Assembly (NCBI GenBank): GCA_004764695.1
Contig: SMSO01000032.1
Location: forward strand, 7,038,483-7,102,482
Direction: 5' to 3'
Length of the DNA stretch: 64,000 nucleotides
Source of the DNA: Schizochytrium sp. TIO01
Taxonomy: Eukaryota > Protista > Bigyra: Labyrinthulomycetes
This document shows positions 12,935 through 24,800 of the stretch, one piece after another. Below the pieces are notes generated by a model. It did no database searches. It saw only the letters and a list, made by a program, of their open reading frames with translations, and had not been told where the DNA came from. Position numbers and translations under genes: made by a program. Position 1 is the first letter of the stretch, and the number at the start of each line of letters is the position of its first letter.

Positions 12935-15900
12935 GCAATTTTATATGCTGACATTTATTGATCGACCGGACCATTGTGGAAACTTAATCCACACGAGTCA
13001 ATCATGCTGATTTGCCAAATTTCCAAGATCGCACACACCTCGCGTCACTCTGTTTCTGCCAATTTCCCTGTGAAACACTGCTGTCCTTCGAAAGAACACG
13101 CACATGCCATGTCTCAGTTCTTTCTGTAGCGAGCTTTATGTAGCCAGTGTAACTCTATGTACAAGTATACCACGAACGACCTAAGGAGCAGGACTTTACG
13201 GCATCAGACCCTTTCCGTGACGTGTGCGTGTTTCACCTTTTGTGCGGACTCCGTTGCAGTCCAACATAACAGTTGTACGTGAGATGTGCCAATCACAAGC
13301 ACAACTATCGCGCCGACAGACTTGCGAAGAGATATCAATAAACGAACGCACCTGCGCACGTCGGTCAAGCTCAAGAACGATAGAAGGGAGGGACTTGAGA
13401 ACAGCCTGAGTGTTTGCTCCCGTTTAAACGAAATAAACAGCAATCGTAGCAGAAGTACCAAAGCGCCTGCATTCTACCAAAGAGCTACTGAAGACTAAGG
13501 AAACCTCGTCGCTGTTACACTAGCTACTAGCACTTCTGAGCTTCACCGCGGAGGTTGTTTCCATTACGTGGAATTCCCACCTTAGTACTACATAGCACTA
13601 CACTGGAGCAGCACTGGAGCAGACTACGTAGCTGCTGGGGCATTCGGGACCTTTCATATTAGAAGGAAGGAGGTCAGACATCATTATCATCATCATCGTC
13701 GTCGTCACTATCCTGCTAAAGCTGAGTCTAACTCAACTCCCTTCAGATACCTGTGCGAGAGAGAGAGAGAGAGAGAGGTCCGCCATCCGTCACGCCAATA
13801 AAGACGAGCGGGAGGGCTGTGCATTGCACCTCGGCGTGCAAGTTGGTAAGCCTTGGTTGACTTCCTTCCTTGGAATCTCAGTAGGTGCACTTGCAGTCGG
13901 GCAGACAGAGCATTTGCAGGGTCCTTTGAAGCTAGCAGCTTTGCCGAAGAAGGCTCTGCCATTTCACAGTGTAGAGGAGGCAGGCTTACTTGAGATGACG
14001 AATCCCCGCACTTGAAAGGTCGAGCTAAGCAAAGAAGTAGGTAGGTAGGTAGGTTCCTTATAGATTATTATGTCCAGAAAGCACAGCTGGTTGGTTTGGA
14101 TATCTTCAGTCAGCAACTGCTATCAGCAACCAGCAAGCACTTGGTGGACCTGAGCCCAAGCAGATCGAGAGTCAGAGTCTCGAAGAGACGCTTTCTACAC
14201 AGACAGCACTTCTTCATGTTGAAGACTTCCCAATTCACGCATGATCCGCCTGCACTTGCACCAGATCCATGATCACCCTTCGACTACCAACCAACCAGCT
14301 AGCTAGCTACCAGCCAGCCAGCAGCCACGGCATTAATTAATCCTACCAGCAGCACCCCCGCGATCGAGTGTGCGGGGCAACGAAACGTCCAGAAATCACG
14401 CAGACGGCACTGGCCCATCTACACACATCCACGCAAGCTAGCGAGCGCAAGCTAGCGAGTCGGTGACCTCACTCAAGCAGCAGCGCACACCCTGTCCGTG
14501 TCCCCGCACAAAGTGCCCCTATTACAACCTATTACAAGCGTAGCAGCTTCCCCGTAAGCCATCCGCCACGGAATTACACTTCTGCAAACCAGCGCGAAGA
14601 AGATGGCTTCCTAAGTAAAGTAAGCCCAGGCGACCAAGACAGCAGAGCTCGTTGCTTGCGCCTACCAGACCGGAAAGAAGACGGGCGTCAGTCAGTCATC
14701 CAGCCTCCCGTCTCTTGGTGGCCTATCCCTTTCTTGTGCACAGTCTGTCTGTCTGTCACGGTCGCTGTAATGCCGATGGACGACGACTGCTGATGGAGGG
14801 CAGACTTGGCCTGGATGCCCTCGCACTGGCCGTCACGCGCTGACGAAGAAGACGAAGACGACGAAGGCGAGCGAAGAAGCCAGGCGAGCGCGGAAGCGGC
14901 GTGACGGCAGGGAGACCAAGGCGGCTAGCTAGCTGCCGCTAGTTTAGGTCAGACGCAGTCACGTGGGTGGCGAAGAAGATGTAAGTGGATAAGCAAGGCT
15001 GCAAGCGCTTGCAGTGCGGTTTTCTGGACATTCATTCTCTTCCTCTTGGTGGCATCGTTATGGTCGAAAGAAGCTTTTGTCTGGCAAGCAGCAAAAACTC
15101 AATAGTGTGTCTTGTTTGTAACGATTGAAAATTGAGTGAGGAAAATTGACCTTTGAAAATTGACTTTTGTTGATTCATTCCTTCTTTTTTTTTAATTATG
15201 TCCAGGCCTTCAAGTCTTTTTATCTTTTCTTTTTTTGAGGATTGTGTTTTAAGTCATAAACATTTTAATGTTTATTTAATTATATTTTAATAGTGAAAAT
15301 GATAACTATTAAAATTTAATTAAATGACGTTCTATTTTTATTTTTAAATTATTTTAAAATAAATATTTTAAAATAAAATAAAGTTTTGAGAGACTATGTC
15401 TTATTTTAAATTATTTGTTTGAAATATAGTATTTCGCTCCTGTTTTATTATATTATTAATTTTTTATGGGGGGTTGGTTATTCTATGAACAGCCATTTTC
15501 TATAAGTCCGGAATAGTAAGTTTTCAATTTATTATACCTGTTTTTGCTTTTTGCTTTATGTTTCTATTTTCTATGATTCTACAAGTCTATGATTTATTTA
15601 AAATTTATTACAAAGGAAGAAAAGTAGCCAATCCAAAAAAAAGGGTTCTCTTACTTCATAGTTTTCCCGACTGGCCGAAAGAATGGGCGAACTTACTAAC
15701 TAACTTACTTACTTACTAACTTACTTACTTACTTTTTCTCCATCATTCACTCCCTTGTTTTCTTACTTGCGCAACAAAGAAGAATTGCCCCTTGCCTCAG
15801 ATCTTTCATTCTCTCAACCAGAAACAGCAATAGGCACCGCCTGCCCATCCAGCGAGATTAGAGATCGAGTAGCTAGCCCCCTCCATCCATCCACGCCAAG

Positions 15901-16113
15901 CGCATCCCTCCTGAATAAGCGGACCTGCTCAGAAACTCCGACAAATCAGCTAAACAAACAACTATTATGCGACTGACTTCCACGGCACTAGTGAGCAGAA
16001 AGAAAGCTAGCTAGCTAGCTAGCTACCAGCCAGCCAGCTCAGCGAGCCAGCCGCGAGGAGACAGCGAATGAGCGAGCCGTGCACCAGAGCGAACGGTCCC
16101 TCGCCACGAATTC

Positions 16114-16197
16114 TTCACGAACTCATTCATTCACGAACTCATTTATTCACGAACTCATTTATTCACGAACTCATCCATTCACGAACTCATTCATTCA
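16114..16197. repeat. 16-bp tandem repeat (TTCACGAACTCATTYA-like) x5
   Basis: cacgaactcat recurs every 16 nt. Confidence 0.9.
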
Positions 16198-16206
16198 CAA
16201 ATTCAT

Positions 16207-16248
16207 GAATAAATTCATGAATTTGTTCATGAATTCATGAATTTATTC
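16207..16248. repeat. Perfect 16-bp inverted repeat with 10-nt spacer
   Basis: gaataaattcatgaat (16207-16222) and attcatgaatttattc (16233-16248). Confidence 0.9.
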
Positions 16249-17071
16249 GCATATTCACGAATTCCTCATTCACTTCGTATGTATGTGTATTCATTTGTTT
16301 ACTGCGGCTGCTGCAGAAGATATCGGACGGGCCCGGACCTTGGATGATGCTTGAGGATTAATGAGTAGTAAATAAATGAAGGACACCGGCGAACTCGAGC
16401 TTGGCGTGAGGTTCGCCTCGGCTCCTCGTTTGCCTCAACTGCATATCGGGCTCTGACCGGTTCGTCGATTGGGGAAGACTGGTTGTTGACATACAGACCT
16501 AGATACATACATACATGCATAATACATGTATATGCTGGCGACAGCGGTGATAATTTGGGTGGTGGAGTCAATGGAATAAATGAAATGGCTGGAAACCCTG
16601 CTCAAGCCCGGCGCGTGGAGTGGAGTCCGGCCAGTATTCTATGGCTCGGCTGCCTCCTACCCAGAGAATGGCAGGTAACTGAGCCTTCCCTCATCCGAGG
16701 GATCAGAAACCGAATTCTCCAGTGATGGTGTCACGAGTTGTGGGATTCTCGTTGTTTCGATTTGATTTTATTCATTCCTTTTTTAGAATTATTTATTTTC
16801 TTTTATGATTAGTTAATTGATTAAAAGAATGGAAAGTAACAAGATCTAGTCTGTGCTTCTCAGATGTTGAGCAGTCTATCTTCCCAAGGATGGTGGCGCC
16901 AAGCGGAAGGATGCTGCCGCTTCTCAGCCACGAGCGGAGTCGGACTCCGAGTCTTCCGTTCCCTTCCCTTCCCATCTTCGAGTTTCCATGATTCGCTCAT
17001 TCGCTTATTCAGTTCCACTGCCGCACAACAGAGTTTCGAGGAGCCCGACACCGCGATTGTGGTCCCAGGAA

Positions 17072-17097
17072 ATATATATATATATATATATATATAT
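17072..17097. repeat. (TA)n microsatellite
   Basis: Direct read; another at ~49003-49023. Confidence 0.9.
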
Positions 17098-20000
17098 GCT
17101 GAGCTTGTGAAAAGTCTTGGACTCTTTGCAGATCTTGCAAAACAGGGCTTACGAACCTGCGGCTTACAGGGAATAGGCACCACCTAGGCACTCAAGAGCT
17201 ACGAGATGCATGTCGTGGTAGAGATGCATGTCGTGGTGGAGAAGAGGAACGAATTCATGCAAGTCATCGGCCCCAGGTCGAGGCTCTGCAAAGTAACCAA
17301 GAAAGCCTCGAAGCGCAGAGTGGCCAGGTAGAACTTACTCACTCACTCACGCACTCATCCTGGGAGCATCTCAGAAACTCTGGCAGGTCTCAGAGCGGCT
17401 CAGCGACGAGATGTAAATCGATTGGCAGCAGCAATAGAACGCTGTCGTTCGAGCGAGCGAGCGAGCGAACAGGCAGCCCGAACGCTTCGATGACGAGTTA
17501 GTTGCCCTGAATGAGTGAGTCGAGTTATATTATCGACAACGACGTTGGTGTTTCTTTCATGGATTCACAGGAATCACTCTACGATCCAACTGGAAGGGTG
17601 GACAAGAAAGCTCTCAAGAGCCCGGCCGAACTATTTCTACCTCATAGAAGCTATCCGGCTAACAAGGGCAAATTTCAAGACAATTTGGATTCACGATCAA
17701 AACTTCCGTTGCTCGCTACACTTGAAAAAGATTGTGGAGATGTTCATGATTTGATCTTGATTCTATGAAGCAGGACAACCTAGCTAGCTAGAAGCGCTGC
17801 GAACGCTAAGTGATGTGACATTGGGTGAAGAAGGTACCAAGTGAGGTCTTATTAGCACGAGTTTTGCAACTCCGTCTGCGGTAGTAGGTAAGCAGGTACC
17901 TACTCAGCTAGCTACTCCAGCTAAGTTATATCGAGACGGACGAGACATAGGAACGCTGGATTTGGTGCTCTTACGATGCATCTCTATCACTCAAATTTAT
18001 TATTTATTTCTGGATATATATATTAACTAGATACTCTTCCCCAAAGTTCCAAACCCTACTTTCCGTGTTGCTTTGAAGATCCTGCGCTACGCTTCTACAA
18101 ATCCGCATCTCAACACCAGCGATAACGCAACAATACTCCCATGCCGTCGTCCTGGGAGTCCTCGTCGCAGTCGGAGTCACTGCATTCCCTGCCAACAGCA
18201 CCTCGGTAGTCCAGAGCCCAGCGCAACAGCGACCTGGTAAACTTGACGCAAGACCCTTCCAAGCGCCGACCACGAAGTCAGCAATTTGGCTGCGCTTTTG
18301 GAAATGTATCCCGGAGGGTCGCGGAGAACTCGCAGCGCTGTCATACCTGACGCTGTTTAGGCCATAAGGGTCCTGAGCTGCCGCGATTGCTATTCTTGAC
18401 GCTACTGCTGCTGCAGCTGCTGCCGTTAGTGATGCTGCCAGCGCTGTTGATGAAGCTGCCGCTGCTGGCGATGCTACTGCACACCAGCTACTTGGCGCGA
18501 TGTATATGATGCCAGCGGCTTAAAATGTGGCTCATGACTTGCGATAGTTCGATCAGCAGCAGGCGCCGATTGCGCAGATTTGACGTTCGTGTATCTTCAT
18601 GGCAGAGCACGTCGCCGCATGATACGATCGAAAGTTTGAACTAATCTTCTGCAGCAGGTGTCAGCCATGGATCGTGAAGGCTCAATCGCGAATCCATCTG
18701 CAATTTTCAATTCTCGTCGCTTAGTAGCACCAGGACATCTGGCAATTAATCATTCACTAAGCAGTTAGTTAGTCAGTTAGATAGTTAGTATACCACGCAC
18801 GCACGACGATCCAATGCCGCCAAGGCGCCCATAATAGCTCTAGCCAGCTCAAACTCGCGACCACCCAAACTGCTGTCTGTCTGGACAGGTCCTCTGCTGC
18901 CCAAAACTACGCCTCGGTGCCTTCTTCTTCGCTGCTGTCCAACCAAGGGCGCCACTCAGGCCATATTCATTCAGGCCCACTATTCAGGCACGCAGACAAA
19001 CTAGCCAGCTGCGCTTTCCCCTGTTTCGTGCATTCATACTACCTACATCCTGCACAGATGCTGCAAGTTGCCACAAACGGAGACTCAGGAACTGTGCAGA
19101 AGGTCCTATTGCCTCCTTCCACTGGTAGACAGAGCTGCCACTCTCAGCTGAAAAGCCAGCAAGTCAAGTGCATTCGACGCAGACAGTGAAGAAGTAAGTC
19201 CTCGCTTTGCCGCTCCACAAAACAGCATCCCTAGCTCGAGACTTGCGTCCACAAATAGACGCCCCGCGAGCAGCAGGCAGTACGAAGCTGGTGACACCAG
19301 CACCACAGGTGGTGCCTTCTTCTTAATGCACGAAGGGCTCACTCACTCATTCGTTGAGATTAATTGCTACAGTAAGAAAGGCGGGGCAAAGTACACACCC
19401 AGGTCCGCGCGTTGAAGAGAACGCGGTACACACATGGTACATGAATAGATAGAGCCACGCGCCCAGCGCGGCTTTCGTTGATCTGTCGCACAGGTATGAA
19501 GCCTTGTGCAATCCTGCTCTGTTGAGAGGCGTGTCTTGCCCTTCTCGTGCGGGAGAAAGAGGTGAAGGAAGCGACCGCGCGACAGGAAGTTTTGGACAAG
19601 CCTGTGCCAGTTTACAACTCTTGGGGTCTTTCGCACTGGTAGATTGGTTTCCTCTAAGAGACGGTCAGACGAAGAGAGGAGAACATAAAAGACCTACCGG
19701 GGGGCCACATATTAAGGTCGGTACAAGTTAGAGATACCTGCTCAGCTGATCAAGTCCCAGTCGCCTGGACAGTACGCATTGGCAAAGTTAGAAAGCAAGA
19801 AAACTTGTCTACGAGACTTCCAGAGTCTGTAGCAGCAGTATCGGATATAGTCCCGAGGCGAGAGCCAAGAAGCAGTAAATCGAAGATCAGCGAGAGGCGC
19901 ACATCAATCTCCTTCTGCGCAGAAAACTTTACTTCATCGAAAGAGGCGTGTGCGCTAGTGGACTTGTCGAAGATCCCGACGACTCCAAGCTTGCTTATCG

Positions 20001-20289
20001 AATCTGCATCTGAGCTTCTGACGCGTGCCCAGAGTACGTACATACTGTGTATGAAACAAGAAACAAGCAAAGTATTTGCAGGGAGAGGAAGGCGGTGACC
20101 ACGGTGGATTTAACAGGGCGCTTTGCATAGCACCGTAAAAGAAAGACGAAACTTTGCTCTGCTATCATCTCGCTGCAAATATCAGCGAGAGCGGCTTGCC
20201 GACAGCTACAATCCTGTTTCTTGGCTTTATTTGTGTTCAAGAGAGCTTAGACCTTTTGTCAAGTATAGAATCGCAACGTGCAGGTTCTA

Positions 20290-21231
20290 ATGATTTCCCA
20301 ACTTGCGCAAGATGCACAGTATACCGCCGCAGAACTTGGTCTTCGGCAGCGACGCTCGGGTAGTTATGAGCTTCCGGCCAAAGTGATACCAGCTAAGGAG
20401 ACTCCTTCAACGCGCCCACGCTCACAGCTCAGCACGAGCCATCGCCCAGGGAGCAATCAATTAACAGGTATTGAAGAACCAAGCTGTCAGCAGAGTTGCC
20501 CAGGCTGTAAGCTTTGTGCGCCAGGATATATTTTATGCCGGCCTAACAAGCCTAATAAAGGTAGGCGCTACAGCAAGGTGTTGCCAAATCCACAAACATA
20601 TCAAGCTTGGACAGGTAAGATATCTACTGCACAAATGTATTTGCCTGGCATGTATCCTCGTAAACATAGAGAACGCAGTCAAACTCTCGACGAAGTTGTT
20701 TCAAACACTATCCAATGTTTCTCTAAAACAAGCCAGCATACTATTGCATCAGCATCCACAACATCATTGTTATCCTCACTTTCTCATGGACATTTTGAAC
20801 CATCTAGCGCGAATGAACATATGGCGAAAAGAAGTCTTCACCATACAGAAACCAAGTATGCTGATGATGAGCAGAATTTTAGGAAGATACATGTTAAGGA
20901 AATTGTTCTCGATGAACCCGATGAGGAGACCCCCCTTCAGCCTGCATTTGAATTTGACACCCTGATTCCATCAGAAACTTTCATTCGGCTTGGGATGCGT
21001 GTACCAACAGCAAAGGAAATGGAATGTGCAACTGCATTTCGCAAAAAGCTTCAAGCAATGCGCGGAAAGTATGCATGGAGAGACATTCCCCTCTCATTTT
21101 TTGTTGATCAAGAACTCGATGACCTTGATCAAGAGCAGGAAGAACAGATTGAGCAGGAAGAGTCGTCAGACTTTCGGAAATGGGTCATTCTTTTCTTTCC
21201 CTGTCTTCAATCTCTCTTCCCAAACTACTAA
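20290..21231 (+). CDS. Hypothetical protein (~313 aa) with a CxxxCxxCxxC cluster and acidic C-terminal segment; ends uncertain
   Basis: 942-nt open frame with non-repetitive composition; first ATG at 20290 (track start is GTG); possible acceptor tgcag at 20283 and possible donor near 21183. Confidence 0.6.
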   Translation: MISQLAQDAQYTAAELGLRQRRSGSYELPAKVIPAKETPSTRPRSQLSTSHRPGSNQLTGIEEPSCQQSCPGCKLCAPGYILCRPNKPNKGRRYSKVLPNPQTYQAWTGKISTAQMYLPGMYPRKHRERSQTLDEVVSNTIQCFSKTSQHTIASASTTSLLSSLSHGHFEPSSANEHMAKRSLHHTETKYADDEQNFRKIHVKEIVLDEPDEETPLQPAFEFDTLIPSETFIRLGMRVPTAKEMECATAFRKKLQAMRGKYAWRDIPLSFFVDQELDDLDQEQEEQIEQEESSDFRKWVILFFPCLQSLFPNY

Positions 21232-21821
21232 ACTTCTCAGGGCAAGAAACGATTAATCTCACGTTTTATCACGAGAATATTTGTCTATTCTCGAAACGCT
21301 TCATCATGTAGGAATGTAAAGAATTAATGTACCTTACTAGCCTTTTGTATCCGAGAAGCTAAAACTTATACTTTTCATTTGTTTTGCGAGCCTTTATTCT
21401 CTTCTCCCTCTGATCATCTATTTCTCACTTATATCTTCCAGTGAGAATAGAGTGAGCCCTTTGATCCCCAAGATAGATTAATTTTTCAGATCGATTGACA
21501 AGAAGGTAATTAACAACCATTCTTGATAGCATCAACCCCATCATGACCTACACAAAAGCGAATCAAGAGAAAGCTGAGGTGAACGTTAGTTAGAAACTTA
21601 GACACATTCAACGGATAACTATTGCTAGACAAAGTCCTAGCGCTACAGAGTAGTGCCGGGACGATGAAAAGGGCGTCAACAAGCCAAACGAGCTGCGTTG
21701 TTCAGTAATCGGGGCCTGGCTGTGATCCAAGAAGCACAGACGACCCGCATGGATGCGAGCTTGGTTAGTTTGATCTACACTCTTGTCTCTACTTTTGAGC
21801 AAAAGGGGGACCTGACCAAGT

Positions 21822-24800
21822 ATGTTGGGATCTCAGCGCTTGCAAGATGTCAGACGGAAGCACGCCCAGACTCTATCCCAACAACATGCAACTCTTCAAG
21901 CGACAGCATCACCAGTGAAAATAAAGCTTGCTGCAGACACTGCCGCGACGCCTGCCACCAAAAATGTAGATTTAACGAGTTTCGAAGCACAACTTCAGAA
22001 CCTTGCACATAAACTAGAGCAAGCCTATGAACAGCATGAACAGAAACAAGAACAGGCACACCGACAAGTTGTATCGAAAGAAACTCTATGGGCCAAAGCG
22101 TGCCAACTTTTCCACTTTGGTCGAACAAGATCTTGTGAGGAACTTATGCAGACCGCGTACATGGGAGCTCCAGCACTTCTTGGATCACAATATCAAGTCT
22201 CATTATTTCTTGTGGACCACAACACCCAACAAGCTTGGACCTCGGCACCACGTGTAATCCGAATGTCGACTAAATCAGGAAGTGTTTGTCGCCTTTTGCA
22301 AACAACAATGCCTGTCTCAAAAGACTCTATCCTTCTTTATCCGGTCCTTGCAGCCTCATCCGCTACAGTGCTCGGTATGCTACAAGTTACTTTGACTGAG
22401 GACTTCTCTGAGGTTCAATCTTCGCACGAGAAACAAAGCCTTGTGAAACTATTTTCTTCTGACATGGTGGAGGTGCTAGACGTTTTAGCTAAGGTCATCT
22501 TACTTGTAATTCCATCAGCGTTACACCTTCAGGCTATTCAAGAATCAGAGCGTAAGGCTCAGGACGAAGCACTGGCATTGAGCGCAGAACTAGCCGAAGT
22601 AAAACTTAGCGATTCGCAAAATAGAACTGCTCTAAAATCGTCCGAATTAGCATTAAGAAAAGCGAAAAGCAAGCTAAAAGAGCACAGCGAGGTGCTTGCG
22701 GATGCTCAGCACACAATTGAATCTTTTCAGGAGGAGGTTGATAGTCAAGCCGAAACTATTCGACGCAATGCATGTATTCTTAAGGCTGCATCTGCTTTGC
22801 GAGCGACTCAATCCCAAGATATTCAATCGGTGTTGCTAGCCCTGGAAAATGCCTACTCAGCTATTGTGAGCCTCCCGATCAAAGTCCTTTTGCACTTCTT
22901 CGACGCATCCTCTGGGACAACATGGCAAGAGGCCCACGACGGAACTTGGCCAACTTTAGAGCAATCTGCTCCATCTCACATTGCAAGTGTTTCAAACAGC
23001 ACGTTGTTTGCTTCAAACGATGGTAAACACCCGAGTTTCGAGTTCTTTCCTGAATGTTCCTTGTTATGTATTCCCCTCTCACCCCAATCGGCAAGATACA
23101 CCCTAGAAATTTCTACGAAGGGGACAACAGAGTGCCATTTTACGGATCTTCAGGCAAAACTACTTGTATTCTTTACTCAGGCCTGTGTTGAACCATTTCT
23201 TGATGACAGAGCACAACTATTGTCACTATACAAACAAATTTCCACCGTTCAAGCTGAGCTTGACCTGGCAACAAAACTTGAGACAGAAAGCACTGAGCAA
23301 GTTGGTTCACTGAAAGACGAGCTGGAGAGTGCCAATCAATTTTTACGAGAATCAAATGACTCTTTAGATAAAAGTCGTAGCGACTTTATTGACGTTTCAG
23401 CGAAGCTAAATGCCACTCAAGAGGAACTGGAGCAGCACAGGGCTGAATTTATTAAGAAAGAGCAAGAACTGCACAAGACTTGCAAAGACCTCAGAGATAA
23501 GCTTAGTGCTGCAGAAAATGAGCATAACATGTTACAAGCTAAGAATACAGAATACGAGCAACAAATCGCCAGTATGGAAATGTCATTATCATGTGAACGG
23601 AAAGCAATTCGAATTGCACAGTCTAAAATAGATGTTCTGGATGCCGCACTGATTAAAGCACAGCATGACATTGAGCAAGGAAGAAGCACAATCAACAAGC
23701 TGCAAGCAGAGCGTTCAATCTTAGCAGCAGAAACTGAACAAAACGAAAGAACTCTCGCGAAACATACGAGTGATCAACAACGCATGAAGGAAAAACTCAT
23801 TCAACTTCGACAAGATAATGAAAACCTCTGCAAAGCATTTAGGCTTGCTCAGACACTTGCAGAAGAGAGAACATTGTTTGCACATAATTTTCACCAATAC
23901 TCTCCTGCAGAGATCTACAAAATCTTGAATCTTATTGACTCCATACTGGGTACGAATCTGATGAACTGTGAATCAAAACATGCTGGGAGAGTAGTCGAAA
24001 GCAAAGAGGAATACCGAGAACTTCACAAAATATGCGTAGATCTACAAAATTTCACTAAAGAGCAGGAGCTTCCAATTGCTGAAAAACTTGTCTATCGGAG
24101 CTTTGTTAAACCATACTTGTCTTCCATGCTAGAAAACTTGGATGGTAGCGTCGATGATTGCAAGGAAACAAAAGAGTGGAAACAAAACCACCAACAAAGC
24201 TCTTCATCGTGGCACAATATGCATGGAAGTCAAGAAGATGACATCAGCTTGGCACTGGAGACAGATGATGAAGAAAATGAGGAGCAGTCAGTAAATTTTC
24301 TTCTTGAATCAACTCATACAATCGTTTCGCAGTGCAACTCCTTCGAATCTTTAAGTAAAGCACTCGAAATTGCTATCTTATCTAGTTTCCCGTGTATTCG
24401 ACAGGTCTGGCTATGTGTCTGCGAAACGAATGGCCAAGCTAGAATGTATAGAGGCGCACTGTCTTGTATTGTTCGTAGTGATGAGGGTCTTGAAGCTTCA
24501 ATTTTACAAGGGCATAATGATCACATCTATTTTAAAGGTATGCCTGTAAATCAAAGAGACCCGCGACGAAACAGGACTGCTGAGAAATTGTTGCAGCTTG
24601 AGTTTCTGGAGACTCTTGGTGTGGCCATCCGTCATCCGGAATCAGGTTGCATCACAGGCGCTTTGATGTGTGGGCTTAATACTCAAAGTCTTTGCGCAAA
24701 AGAAATTTCACTTCTTCAACGTTTTGCTGCAAACATTTTAGGCCCCCTCGTCAATCTGTTGCATCATCATAGGTCTGCAGAAACTAAAGCACGTGCTATT

